A DNA stretch of 64,000 bases from contig JABGXB010000003.1 in the NCBI GenBank assembly GCA_018675975.1, forward strand, positions 66,181 through 130,180. Direction: 5' to 3'. Within the stretch, counting starts at the first letter, position 1, and every line of letters begins with the position of its first letter. Positions 39,228 to 49,918 of the stretch are shown here, piece after piece. The translations under genes were made by a program, and so were the position numbers. Origin of the DNA: Candidatus Woesearchaeota archaeon (lineage in GTDB: Archaea; Nanobdellota; Nanobdellia; Woesearchaeales; JABGXB01). The notes beneath the pieces were generated by a model. That model had not been told where the DNA came from. It saw nothing but the letters and a program-made list of their open reading frames with translations, and searched no databases.

Positions 39228-39779
39228 ATGGCAACTTATTGGACTATAATTGCAATTATTGCAGCAATTGTTTTGTATATAATAATAATGTATAATGGAT
39301 TAATTAGATTAAGAAATGAAGTGAAAAACTCATTTGCAAACATAGATGTTCAGTTAAAAAGAAGAACAGATTTAATTCCAAATCTAATTAATACAGTAAA
39401 AGGATATGCTAAACATGAAAAAGAAGTTTTGACTGCAGTAACAGAAGCAAGAAAATTAAGTATGGACGCAAATACGATTGAACAAAAACAAAAAGCAGCT
39501 AATGTTATGAGTGATACATTAAAATCATTATTTGCAGTTTCTGAAAATTATCCAGATCTAAAAGCAAGTGCAAACTTTATTCAATTACAAGAAGAATTAA
39601 CTGGAACGGAAAATAAAATTGGTTATTCAAGAAATAATTATAATGATATGGTTTTATTATTAAATAGTAAAGTAGAATCATTTCCTTCAAATATTATTGC
39701 AAATATGTTTGGGTTTAGACAAGAAAAATCATTTGAAATTAATGAAGCTGAAAGAAAAAACGTAAAAGTTGAATTTTAA
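39228..39779 (+). CDS. lemA: LemA family protein
   Basis: Motifs IDVQLKRRTDLIPNL, ENYPDLKAS, ENKIGYSR and FPSNIIA. SD AGGTGA upstream. Confidence 0.95.
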   Translation: MATYWTIIAIIAAIVLYIIIMYNGLIRLRNEVKNSFANIDVQLKRRTDLIPNLINTVKGYAKHEKEVLTAVTEARKLSMDANTIEQKQKAANVMSDTLKSLFAVSENYPDLKASANFIQLQEELTGTENKIGYSRNNYNDMVLLLNSKVESFPSNIIANMFGFRQEKSFEINEAERKNVKVEF

Positions 39780-39785
39780 TTAAAA

Positions 39786-40688
39786 ATGATTAATGTTCAT
39801 GATCAGATAAGACGTAATAAAAGAAATACTATTTTTTTAATTTCTACTTTTTTAGTAGTAATTTATGCACTTAGTTGGATCTTAGGAGCAGTTTGGGGAA
39901 ATCCATATATGGGAATGATTTTTGTAATTCCAATTACAATTCTTTATGTTTTATTTGCATGGTTTTCAGGTAGTAATATGATACTTGCTACAATGGGAGC
40001 AAAGCCTGTAAAAAAATCAGAATTTCCACATTTATTTCATACTGTTGAAGGTTTAGCAATTGCAGCTGGAGTACCAACTCCAAAAGCATATGTAATTGAT
40101 GATACTGCATTAAATGCATTTGCAACTGGTCGTGATCCAGAACATGGAATTATTTGTGTAACAACTGGTTTAATGAATAAATTAAATAGACAAGAATTAG
40201 AAGGAGTAATTGCACACGAAATGGCTCATATAAAAAATTATGATATTCGTTATATGATGCTTGTTACAATCTTAATTGGTATAATTACTTTATTATCAGA
40301 CTTTTTATTAAGAACATTTTTATACAGTTCAATGGGTGGAGATAGACGTGAAAATAATCAAATGACAATAGTTTTTATTGTAATAGGAATTGTTTTAGCA
40401 ATATTAGCCCCATTTATTGGACATTTAATTAGACTTGCAGTAAGTCGTCAAAGAGAATATTTAGCTGATGCCACTGGTGCAAGATTAACAAAATATCCAC
40501 AAGGATTAGCAGATGCATTAAAAAAAATAAAAGGAGATCCAGATCCATTAGTTGATAAAGCAAATAAAGCAAGTGCACATTTATTTATTTCCACTCCATT
40601 TAGAAAAAAAGCAGGTTCATTTTTTTCAGGAATGTTTTCAACTCATCCACCAATTGATGACCGAATTCAAAAACTTGAAAGAATGTAA
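39786..40688 (+). CDS. htpX: Membrane zinc metalloprotease HtpX (M48)
   Basis: Motifs NAFATG, HEMAH, SRQREYLAD and STHPP. Follows lemA. Confidence 0.93.
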   Translation: MINVHDQIRRNKRNTIFLISTFLVVIYALSWILGAVWGNPYMGMIFVIPITILYVLFAWFSGSNMILATMGAKPVKKSEFPHLFHTVEGLAIAAGVPTPKAYVIDDTALNAFATGRDPEHGIICVTTGLMNKLNRQELEGVIAHEMAHIKNYDIRYMMLVTILIGIITLLSDFLLRTFLYSSMGGDRRENNQMTIVFIVIGIVLAILAPFIGHLIRLAVSRQREYLADATGARLTKYPQGLADALKKIKGDPDPLVDKANKASAHLFISTPFRKKAGSFFSGMFSTHPPIDDRIQKLERM

Positions 40689-40691
40689 AAA

Positions 40692-41930
40692 TTAAATATT
40701 TAATAACCATTTCCAAACTGGAATTATTATTATTTTTTTACCATTAATTTTTTTCTTATCTTCAAAATCAGATGTCAAAATAAACCCTTCTTTTAAATTA
40801 AATTTATTCATGGACTCTAGTAATCCATTAATTTCCCGCTCCCAATTATCCTCAGATATTGATTTTGTTACTTGTATTGCTTGAATAATCTTTCCTTTTT
40901 CGAGTATTATAAAATCACATTCATATTTATCTTTATGATAAAAAACTTCTTTTTCTAAACGTTTTAGTTCTATAAAAACAATATTTTCTAATAATCTACC
41001 ATAATCTTCTTTTGCTGAAATTAAATTAATGAATCCATTATCAATACAATATATTTTTTTATCAGCAATTTTTCGTTTTGAAATGGATTTATCATATTTT
41101 TCAAGGTAAAAAAATAAAAAAATATCTTGAACATGATCAGCTAATTCATATAAAAAATCTTTAGAAACCTTTACCCCTAAACTTTGTAATTGATTAAAAG
41201 TTTTTGCAACAGAAGAAAATGTTGAAACGGAATTAATATTTTTATTAATGAAATATTTAGTTGCAGTTATATTTTTTATATTAAAACGTTCAATCAAATC
41301 TCTAAAAATCATAACATCCAAATATGATTTTAACTGTTTTTCCCTAGTATATTTATCATAATTAATTAATTCCGGATAACCCCCGTTCATTAAATATTTA
41401 TTAAATTCAGATAATATTTCTGACTTTTTTTGAGAAGTTATTTTTGAATAATCAATATTTTTAAAATTAATATATTCCTTAAATGATAATGGTAAAACTT
41501 GATAACTAATAGATCTTCCACGAAGTGAAGTAGAAATTTCTGTACTTAAAAGTTTGGCAGAAGATCCAGTCAAATATATATTATTTGTCACTTCATCGTT
41601 AATTCGGCGTATAAATTTTTCCCAATTGTTTAACATATGAATCTCATCAAAAAAAAAATGAAACTTTTTTAAATCCTGATCATAATATATTTCCATTATT
41701 GCATCCAAAACTTCATCTGGTTCTTTAATGTTTAATCTATCATCTTCAAAATTAATATAAACATATTTATTTAATTTAGATATCATATTAAAAAATAAAA
41801 AAGTTTTACCAGATCTTCTTGGGCCAATTAAAGTTATTATTGAATTTGTTTTTAAATTAATTTTTATATCCCTTTGTTTACTTTCTTTTAATTTAAAATC
41901 TAAAATTTTTTGCTTAATTATTTCTTTCAT
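40692..41930 (-). CDS. AAA+ ATPase (AAA_14 + DUF4143 type)
   Basis: Motifs GPRRSGKT, FFDEIH, TGSS, GGYPE, KIYCIDNG and ECDFI...QV. Confidence 0.9.
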   Translation of the reverse strand: MKEIIKQKILDFKLKESKQRDIKINLKTNSIITLIGPRRSGKTFLFFNMISKLNKYVYINFEDDRLNIKEPDEVLDAIMEIYYDQDLKKFHFFFDEIHMLNNWEKFIRRINDEVTNNIYLTGSSAKLLSTEISTSLRGRSISYQVLPLSFKEYINFKNIDYSKITSQKKSEILSEFNKYLMNGGYPELINYDKYTREKQLKSYLDVMIFRDLIERFNIKNITATKYFINKNINSVSTFSSVAKTFNQLQSLGVKVSKDFLYELADHVQDIFLFFYLEKYDKSISKRKIADKKIYCIDNGFINLISAKEDYGRLLENIVFIELKRLEKEVFYHKDKYECDFIILEKGKIIQAIQVTKSISEDNWEREINGLLESMNKFNLKEGFILTSDFEDKKKINGKKIIIIPVWKWLLNI

Positions 41931-41960
41931 AATAATCAAAAGCAGTTATAATATATAAAC

Positions 41961-42010
41961 ATTCCTTTTCAAAAGGAATAATAGTGATAAAATAGTCCTT
42001 TTTAAAAGGA
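41961..42010. promoter_or_regulatory. Paired palindromic operator-like sites
   Basis: ATTCCTTTT-C-AAAAGGAAT (41961-41979) and TCCTTTT-T-AAAAGGA (41996-42010) lie immediately upstream of a minus-strand TTTATATA. Confidence 0.65.
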
Positions 42011-42048
42011 AAACTAAAAATGATGTTTAAAATAACTAAAATGGAATT

Positions 42049-42795
42049 TTAATTCTTTTTTCTGGCAATTGTTAAAATAAATAAACTTTTATCTTTATCA
42101 AACTTTTTTCCATCCATACTTAAAAATTCCAATACTTCAAATCCATTTTTGTCAAGTATTTTTTTTAATTGATTAGAGGAATAAATTTGCATATCCCAAG
42201 CTTTCTTAGATATATTTAGTTTATTAAATCCATTTTGAATATATATTTTTTGATTCATTGACATAATTTGTTTTGTTCTATTTAATTTATTATTATTAAA
42301 TCTAACATATTTTACTCCATCAACATCACGACATGTATCAATAAATTCATGTGTGATAAAATTATTTTTCATAAAATCATAATTTAATATATCAAAAATA
42401 TATAGTCCATTTGATTTTAAATTATTTGCAATATTTTTAATTGCAATTTCAAAATCAGATTTAGATAAATGTCCAATAGCATTAAAAATTGAAATTACTG
42501 AATCAAATTTACCTTTTCTTACTTTACGCATATCCCCTTGAGAAAATTTTAATTTAGAATATTTTTGTTTAGCAATTTTTATCATTCCACTACTATAATC
42601 TGATGCAGTTACATCATATCCATTTTTATCTAAAAAAATCGCTTGTGCTCCAGTTCCACAAGTTATATCAAAAACTGATTTAACTTTATTTTTTTTTAAT
42701 AGTTTATTTAATAATTTATTAAAAACATCTATACTTGGCTCAGCTTCTAAAATATCATAATGTTTTGCACTTGAAGTATAATCATAATCTTTCAT
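42049..42795 (-). CDS. Class I SAM-dependent methyltransferase
   Basis: Motifs VFDITCGTG, SDYSSGM, QGDMR and LKSNGLYIFD. Confidence 0.9.
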   Translation of the reverse strand: MKDYDYTSSAKHYDILEAEPSIDVFNKLLNKLLKKNKVKSVFDITCGTGAQAIFLDKNGYDVTASDYSSGMIKIAKQKYSKLKFSQGDMRKVRKGKFDSVISIFNAIGHLSKSDFEIAIKNIANNLKSNGLYIFDILNYDFMKNNFITHEFIDTCRDVDGVKYVRFNNNKLNRTKQIMSMNQKIYIQNGFNKLNISKKAWDMQIYSSNQLKKILDKNGFEVLEFLSMDGKKFDKDKSLFILTIARKKN

Positions 42796-45700
42796 TTTTT
42801 AAATTTCTTTTTATAACCTCTGTTAATTCTTTTATTAATATTAATTTTATCAGAATTAATTTTAAAACGTATTATTATTAAAATCACTAAAACCAAAATA
42901 AATAATTTCCAACCAAAATTAAAATCATTAGATTTGTTTATTTCTAATTGAGATTCATTTTTTATTTTATTTTCTAAACTAATATTTAAAATATCTTCCT
43001 TATTTTCATTTGATTCAATTATTAATTCCTCTTCATTAAATTTAATTTCATTATTCACATTAATTTTAATACATTCACTTATATTAAAAGTATGTTTAAC
43101 ATCATAAAATCCATAACTTCTAACTAATATAGTATAAGTTCCAACATTGTCTAAATTAAAATTCTCTATTAATGAAAAATCGGAAATAGATTTATTTCTA
43201 TACATTACTTTTTTTAAAATTAAATTATCATTATAAATATCATTTCCATCATAAACAAAATATTTAGCTGAATATAAATTATTACTATTAATGCCTTCGA
43301 CAATTAAATTAATAGGCTCATCAACACATACACTTTTGATATAAACAGCCATGTTTTTAACTATACTTCCCGCTCGAGAACCGCCGCCACCACTAGAAGA
43401 AACACTAGGACTTGCTTGAATACCTAATACTGCTGAGTATCTTAAATTTTCTACTTTTATAATTGAACCTTGATCAGTACAAGTAACACCAGAAATAGTA
43501 ACACCAGTACTATTACCAATACAAGTATCAAAATCAATTTCATTACTACCATCACAATTAGAACTTATTTGATCAATTGAACTAATTTCTTCATTTTTAA
43601 CACATAAACCAACAAAACTATTATCATCAAGATATAAAGTTTTATTATAACTATTTTGTAATTGTCCAGAAAGATTTACTAAAATTGAATTTGATGTTTT
43701 GCTAATTATAGTTTGATTTAAATCAAAATTACTAGATGAAAAATTATGACTAAAATTAATAATTAAATCAGACTCATCGTAAAATAATAGTTTCTGAACA
43801 TTTAAAAATGAACCCACAGTAGAATTCCCACCAACAGTAATATTTAATGTAGTAATACCAGAAGTTACAACATTACTCTCATTATAAAGAAGAGTATCTA
43901 AAGCATCTATTACCCCATCACCATCTCCATCAGTATTATTTACATAAAAATTAATTAAAATTGAATCATTTAAATTCCCAAGAGTATCATTTGCATAAGC
44001 AGTTATATTATAATAACCATTAGATAAATTAGTTAAATCATAAGTATAATTCCACTCATTACTAATATTTGTTGCTTGCAGCCAAGAAATTTGACCACTT
44101 GAATTTGTTATATTAAAATAAACTGTATCAATATCAGAATATGTATCATTAGCAGTTATATTAATTATTAATGAATCCGAAACACTTTCACCCTCACTAG
44201 GATTATTAAAACCAACTAAAGGAGTAGTATTATCTACAATAAAATTAATTGAAATTGAATTATTTAAATTTCCAACAGTATCATTTGCATAAACTGTGAT
44301 ATTATAATAACCACTAGGCAAGCTAGTTAAATCATAAGTATAATTCCATTCCTCACTAATATTAGTTGATTGAAGCCAAGCAATTTGATCACTTGAATTA
44401 GTAATATTAAAATAAACTGTGTCAACACCAGAAATACTGTCATTAACAGTTACATTAATTATTAATGAATTTGAAACAATATCATCATCACTAGGATTAT
44501 TAAAACCCACTAAAGGAACAACATTATCAATTGAAAAACTAACAGTATCACTTCCAATATTATTAGAAGTATCATTTGCCCAAATCGTAACATTATGTTG
44601 ACCTTCACTCCAAGTAACTAAAGTTATATTTGCACAACTCGCTAAACTATTATTAACAGACATAGTATCATTACTATACCAACAACTATCTACTCCAACT
44701 GCATCAGTAACAGTAAAATTAATATCTAAATTAGTATCAGTTGAAAAACTATTATCATTAGGAATATTAATTGTAATAGTCGGACTATAAATATCTCCTA
44801 ACAAATTTGCAAATCCAAAACCCAATAGAAAAGGATAACCATCATTAATTGATGGATCAATATGCCAAAAATCTAAATTAGCAGAATCATTATTAGGATT
44901 ATTTAAAAAATCCCATGCTGTTGTTAAACCCACAGTTAATAGATCTGTAAATGTCTCAATATTTTTCATATCACTAGTAATTTTACCTGTTGCACAATTA
45001 TTAGAATCAGTAGTTACTCCTGAAGTTTGATTATCCCAAAAATTATTATCACAACTACCACCAGAATCTTGACCCATAAAACCATCATCACCAGTAGTTC
45101 CAGTTGAATAAGAATTTTCAATAACTGAACTTATTTGTTTGTAGCCCACTAAACCACCAGTTGAACTTGTAGCTGAAACATTCCCCCTTGCAAAAGAATT
45201 ATTTACAATTGCACTAGATTGCATAAAACCTACTAAACCTCCTATTGAACTGCCAGATGAAGTCACATTACCTAATGCATATGAAGTAGATATAGTTGCA
45301 GAAGTACTAATACCAACTAAACCACCTGTAGTTGAAGATCCAGTTACATTACCAATCGCATAGGAATTTTTAATATAACCTTGATAAATTTCACCAGCTA
45401 AACCCCCAACTCGAGAATTAGTACTTACAACATTACCAGTAGCATAACTATATTCAACCTTTCCTCCGTCAGTATAACCAATTAAACTTCCAATATAAGC
45501 AGGATTTCCTCTATAACCATATGCATCAACTGAAGAATAAGAATGATTAATTGTTCCAGTATTATGACCAACTAAACCACCAATAAAATAATTCCCCTCA
45601 ATATATCCGGTCGAAAATGAATTATTAATAGTTCCCCCCCAATTTGCACCAGCAAGACCTCCAGTTCTTATACTACCATTAATAGTAAAATTAACTAAAC

Positions 45701-46079
45701 CTAAATTTTTCACCTCGGAACCAGTTGTTAATACCCCAAAAAGTCCTTGATAATCTGTACTTGATCTATTAATCCATAAATTAGAAATATTATAACCATC
45801 CCCATCTAAAGTTCCTGGAAATCTATCAGCATTACTTCCAACTGCTAACCAACCAGCACCACCATAATTTAATGAATGGCTTATTACTGATGTATTCGAA
45901 CAATCAATATTATTTTGTAATTGATAATCTGCAGTGTCATCCACTCGCGTCAAATTTAAATCCTCACAAGAACATAACGGAATTGGATCAGCTGAAGCAT
46001 TATAGCAACTAGCAGTAACAGAATTTACAAATAAAACAAATAAGAATACCAAAATTATAAACTTTAAATGGACTTTCAG
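42792..46079 (-). CDS. Cell-surface protein with GLUG beta-helix repeats, Ig-like repeats and a C-terminal membrane anchor
   Basis: Repeated GGLVG motifs, ANDTxGN Ig-like repeats, a DGDGDG motif and a C-terminal TM helix with a basic tail. The start may be CTG at 46079 or TTG at 46052. Confidence 0.8.
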   Translation of the reverse strand: MKVHLKFIILVFLFVLFVNSVTASCYNASADPIPLCSCEDLNLTRVDDTADYQLQNNIDCSNTSVISHSLNYGGAGWLAVGSNADRFPGTLDGDGYNISNLWINRSSTDYQGLFGVLTTGSEVKNLGLVNFTINGSIRTGGLAGANWGGTINNSFSTGYIEGNYFIGGLVGHNTGTINHSYSSVDAYGYRGNPAYIGSLIGYTDGGKVEYSYATGNVVSTNSRVGGLAGEIYQGYIKNSYAIGNVTGSSTTGGLVGISTSATISTSYALGNVTSSGSSIGGLVGFMQSSAIVNNSFARGNVSATSSTGGLVGYKQISSVIENSYSTGTTGDDGFMGQDSGGSCDNNFWDNQTSGVTTDSNNCATGKITSDMKNIETFTDLLTVGLTTAWDFLNNPNNDSANLDFWHIDPSINDGYPFLLGFGFANLLGDIYSPTITINIPNDNSFSTDTNLDINFTVTDAVGVDSCWYSNDTMSVNNSLASCANITLVTWSEGQHNVTIWANDTSNNIGSDTVSFSIDNVVPLVGFNNPSDDDIVSNSLIINVTVNDSISGVDTVYFNITNSSDQIAWLQSTNISEEWNYTYDLTSLPSGYYNITVYANDTVGNLNNSISINFIVDNTTPLVGFNNPSEGESVSDSLIINITANDTYSDIDTVYFNITNSSGQISWLQATNISNEWNYTYDLTNLSNGYYNITAYANDTLGNLNDSILINFYVNNTDGDGDGVIDALDTLLYNESNVVTSGITTLNITVGGNSTVGSFLNVQKLLFYDESDLIINFSHNFSSSNFDLNQTIISKTSNSILVNLSGQLQNSYNKTLYLDDNSFVGLCVKNEEISSIDQISSNCDGSNEIDFDTCIGNSTGVTISGVTCTDQGSIIKVENLRYSAVLGIQASPSVSSSGGGGSRAGSIVKNMAVYIKSVCVDEPINLIVEGINSNNLYSAKYFVYDGNDIYNDNLILKKVMYRNKSISDFSLIENFNLDNVGTYTILVRSYGFYDVKHTFNISECIKINVNNEIKFNEEELIIESNENKEDILNISLENKIKNESQLEINKSNDFNFGWKLFILVLVILIIIRFKINSDKININKRINRGYKKKFKK

Positions 46080-46219
46080 CTAATTCACCTCGTATATATA
46101 TTATAATCTTATTTTTTACATTATAAAACTTACTAAAAAGAGTTGTTTTTGAGTATACAAAAATATTAATAATTTTAATATAACACTAAATTTATATATT
46201 CTTTTTAATATCAAAAAAT

Positions 46220-48130
46220 ATGGATTTTGAAACATTATGTAACTATTTTGAAAAGTTATCAAATACGTCTAAAAGACTTGAAAAAATAGAAATTATAAGT
46301 CAAATATTATTAGCTACACCTAATGATTTAATTGAGAGAATTGTTATATTATTACAAGGAAAAGTACTTCCTATTTGGGATAATAGAAAATTAGGAATTA
46401 GTTCTAGGCAAATAATAAATATAATTAAAACAATGTGTTCTAAATCAGTTTTAGATATAGAAAATGAATGGAAAAAAACTGGAGATTTAGGATTAGTTGC
46501 AATGAATTTATTAAAATCTAAAAATCAACAAACACTATTTAGTAAAAAACATAATTTGAAAGAAATATTTGATACAATTGTAAAATTAACTGAGACTGTT
46601 GGAGAAAATTCAACAAAAAGAAAACAAGCAATGATTGCAAATATATATAGTAATATAAACAGTATTGAAGCAAAATATTTAACTCGAATTTTATTAGAAA
46701 ATATGCAAATGGGAGTTGGACCAGGAACAATTAAAGATTCTATTATATGGGCATTTTTACCAAAAATATATTTAATAAATTATAATTTAAATAAAGATTT
46801 TGTAAAAGAAAATAAAAAAAATAAAGATAAAATTAAAGAAAAATTAGTAGAGAGCGGATTAAACATAATTGATATTGATAATTTTGATCAATTTGAAAAA
46901 AATTATATTAATGCAGATAATCAAAATTTATTTTATAGTAAAGATGAAAAATTACTTAGAGAAATTTATAATTTTTATAGCAATAAAATTGAAAATGCAT
47001 ATCAATTAACAAATCAATATAGTATAATCATAAATACAATAAAAGAAAAAGGGTTTTTTAAAATTACAAAATTAAATTCTAAAGTAATGAACCCAATTAA
47101 AGCAATGTTATTTTTAAAAGCCAAAAATATAGAACATGCTTTTGAAAATGTTGGAAAACCTGCAGCTTTTGAATTTAAATATGATGGTTTTAGAGTACAA
47201 TTACATAAAAAACAAAATGAAATTAAATTATACACTAGACAATTCGAAGATGTTACAAATGCATTTCCAGATGTAATAAAAGATGCAAAAGAACATATTA
47301 AAGCAAATGAAATTATATGTGATTGTGAAATAGTTGGAATTGATATTAATAATCCCGAAAAAATATTACCGTTTCAAAAAATTAGTAAAAGAATAAAAAG
47401 AAAACATAATATTGATCAAATAATAAAAGAAGTTCCAGTTAGATTATTTGTTTTTGATATAATGTTAATTGATCAAAATAGTTTACTAAATATATCATTT
47501 GAAAACAGAAGAAAAATATTAGAAGAAAATATAATTGATTCAAATAAAATACAAAAATCAAAAATGTTAATTAGTGAAAATATTAATGAAGTAGAACAGT
47601 TCTATAAGAAAGCATTAGATTTAGGTAATGAGGGAATAATGGCAAAAAAATTAAATGGAATTTATAAGCCAGGTAATAGAGTGGGATTCGGAATGAAAAT
47701 AAAACCAACAATGGAACCATTGGATTTCGTTATTACAGGAGCAACTTGGGGAGAAGGAAAAAGAGCAAATTGGATGACATCATTTACACTTAGTTGTAAA
47801 GATGATGAAAGTGATGAATTATTAGAAATGGGTAAAGTAGGAACAGGGTTTAAAGAAATTACAAGTGAAGAGGAAAATGATACTGATATTAGTTTTGAAC
47901 AAATGACTGAATTATTAAAGCCACATATTAAAAAAGAAAATGGAAAAGAAATAGAAATAATTCCAACTATTGTAATAGAAGTTAATTATGAAGAAATACA
48001 AAAAAGTGAAAATTATAATTCAGGTTATGCACTTAGATTTCCAAGATTATCTAGACTAAAAAGTGATAGAGATCCATATGATATTTCACCATTAAGTTTT
48101 ATTACAGATTTATATGATCAACAAAATTAA
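46220..48130 (+). CDS. lig: ATP-dependent DNA ligase (archaeal type)
   Basis: Motifs EFKYDGFRVQ, EGIMAK, KIKP, GEGKR and ALRFPR. Confidence 0.95.
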   Translation: MDFETLCNYFEKLSNTSKRLEKIEIISQILLATPNDLIERIVILLQGKVLPIWDNRKLGISSRQIINIIKTMCSKSVLDIENEWKKTGDLGLVAMNLLKSKNQQTLFSKKHNLKEIFDTIVKLTETVGENSTKRKQAMIANIYSNINSIEAKYLTRILLENMQMGVGPGTIKDSIIWAFLPKIYLINYNLNKDFVKENKKNKDKIKEKLVESGLNIIDIDNFDQFEKNYINADNQNLFYSKDEKLLREIYNFYSNKIENAYQLTNQYSIIINTIKEKGFFKITKLNSKVMNPIKAMLFLKAKNIEHAFENVGKPAAFEFKYDGFRVQLHKKQNEIKLYTRQFEDVTNAFPDVIKDAKEHIKANEIICDCEIVGIDINNPEKILPFQKISKRIKRKHNIDQIIKEVPVRLFVFDIMLIDQNSLLNISFENRRKILEENIIDSNKIQKSKMLISENINEVEQFYKKALDLGNEGIMAKKLNGIYKPGNRVGFGMKIKPTMEPLDFVITGATWGEGKRANWMTSFTLSCKDDESDELLEMGKVGTGFKEITSEEENDTDISFEQMTELLKPHIKKENGKEIEIIPTIVIEVNYEEIQKSENYNSGYALRFPRLSRLKSDRDPYDISPLSFITDLYDQQN

Positions 48131-48993
48131 GAATTATGTGCTCTCATATTCATTCTAAGTTTCATATGTTCAAATCTAATACTATCTAAAACACTATTTT
48201 CTAAATTTCCATAATATTCATTTTTAGGAGGCAAAAAACCATTTAATATTAATTTTTTAACACATGTCAAATATTGTTTTCTATCATTAATTAAAAAATA
48301 ACTTTTTGCATCTTCACCAAGACCATTTAAATTTAAAGTAATACCACCCAAATGAGATGATAAATTATTTATATCAACACCAAATGGTTTTTCTACAAAT
48401 GCAGATAAAAAACCCATTTTATTTGCATATAAAACTTCTGAACCTATATATAATAAATTACTATTATCATCTTTTAAATTAGGTAATCTTTCTTTCAATA
48501 AACCTCTATCCATATTCTGTGAAACTACATATGGTAATACAAATTTCTTATCTAAATTTAATTCAATTTCAGATTTCATTTCATAATACAAGCAAACATC
48601 AGAAATATTTAATCTTAATTTTACATTAGGATTATATAAATCTAATATTTTTTTATAGTTTAAAATTGAATTTTTCACACCAGAATTTTTTTCTGAACTA
48701 GATTTTAATTTTTTTAAAAATAAATGTGCAGTTAAAAAATCAAATGAAAAAATTATATTATCGATTTTTTTTTTCTTGACCAAATCTAAATCTTCAATAT
48801 TTTCAATAAAAAAATGAGGAATTAAATTAGAAGATTCACCAAATAAAAAATCTTTTGTTTCATAAAATTCTTCAGGTGCCAAACATTCACCATCATTAAT
48901 TATTCTAAAATAAGTTTCTAAATTAACAAAAGTTTCTGAAACTAAAGACATTATACTTTGTGAATTAAATTCGGATATATTTAAATTTTTCAT
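48127..48993 (-). CDS. Hypothetical protein
   Basis: 288-aa ORF. A weak HAD-like YIG...ANKMG segment is not sufficient for a call. Confidence 0.55.
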   Translation of the reverse strand: MKNLNISEFNSQSIMSLVSETFVNLETYFRIINDGECLAPEEFYETKDFLFGESSNLIPHFFIENIEDLDLVKKKKIDNIIFSFDFLTAHLFLKKLKSSSEKNSGVKNSILNYKKILDLYNPNVKLRLNISDVCLYYEMKSEIELNLDKKFVLPYVVSQNMDRGLLKERLPNLKDDNSNLLYIGSEVLYANKMGFLSAFVEKPFGVDINNLSSHLGGITLNLNGLGEDAKSYFLINDRKQYLTCVKKLILNGFLPPKNEYYGNLENSVLDSIRFEHMKLRMNMRAHNS

Positions 48994-49309
48994 ATTTACT
49001 ATCTTTCATATTATAAACTTGTTAATTTGTTTTTAAAGTTTTTTATTGTTTCTAAAATATATATAAAAACAATTAATGAAAATTCCATATTCAATATTAT
49101 TTTTTATTGAAGTTTACAAAAAATAATATTTAGACTGGACCACTGGTCAGCTCGTCATTTTATTTATAATATAAAAAAACAATATATAATTATAATAAAT
49201 AAATCAATATAGGTGTTGATTATTCCTTTTAAGATTTACTCAATATTTAACATATTGTAAAAGGGAAAAATTAGTATAAAAGTATACTTAAAAAAATAAG
49301 GGGTAAAAA

Positions 49310-49897
49310 ATGATTGAAAAAAAAATAAAAAATTTATTTTATGATAAAAAAAAAGATGAAAATGAATTATTTTATGCAAATGAAAAAACAATTGATAATA
49401 TAATAATAAAAAAAGAAAATGAAATTAATAAAATTAAAAATCAATTATTAATAAAAGAAAATCCTTTATCTACATTTACTATTCGAAAATATGAACAACC
49501 CTTAAAACTAAAACCAAGAGATTTAATTAAAAGATTTATATTATCAATTGGAATGTTATCTCCTGGTGAGAGTAGAGATGTAATAGTTGATATTTTGTAT
49601 GTAATGTTACAAATAAAAAAAAGAAAAAAAAATTTAACTAGTAAAGAAATAACAAATAAAGTTATTATTAATAGAAAAAAACACAAATTAGAAATGCAAG
49701 GTATAGCTGAAAGTAATATAAGACGTCAAATTAAACGTTTACGTGATATCTTTATTATAGAAAAAATAAAAAACGAATATAGAATAACTGAAAATATGCC
49801 AATTGAACAAATTTTTCATGGTAAAATTAAACCATATTTATTAAATGAAATCTTAATGAGAGTTAGTGATTATACTAAGGAAGTTGATAAAATTTAA
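49310..49897 (+). CDS. Winged-helix DNA-binding protein
   Basis: C-terminal AESNIRRQIKRLRDIFIIEKIKNEYRI wHTH pattern. A GACCA-C-TGGTC palindrome lies upstream at 49138-49148. Confidence 0.65.
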   Translation: MIEKKIKNLFYDKKKDENELFYANEKTIDNIIIKKENEINKIKNQLLIKENPLSTFTIRKYEQPLKLKPRDLIKRFILSIGMLSPGESRDVIVDILYVMLQIKKRKKNLTSKEITNKVIINRKKHKLEMQGIAESNIRRQIKRLRDIFIIEKIKNEYRITENMPIEQIFHGKIKPYLLNEILMRVSDYTKEVDKI

Positions 49898-49918
49898 TAA
49901 TAGCTAATTCACACACAT

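Noticed and set aside
46750..46990. Intein in the DNA ligase insertion
   Set aside because: The Lys/Asn-rich insertion is short and lacks Cys/Ser-start and His-Asn-end splicing motifs.
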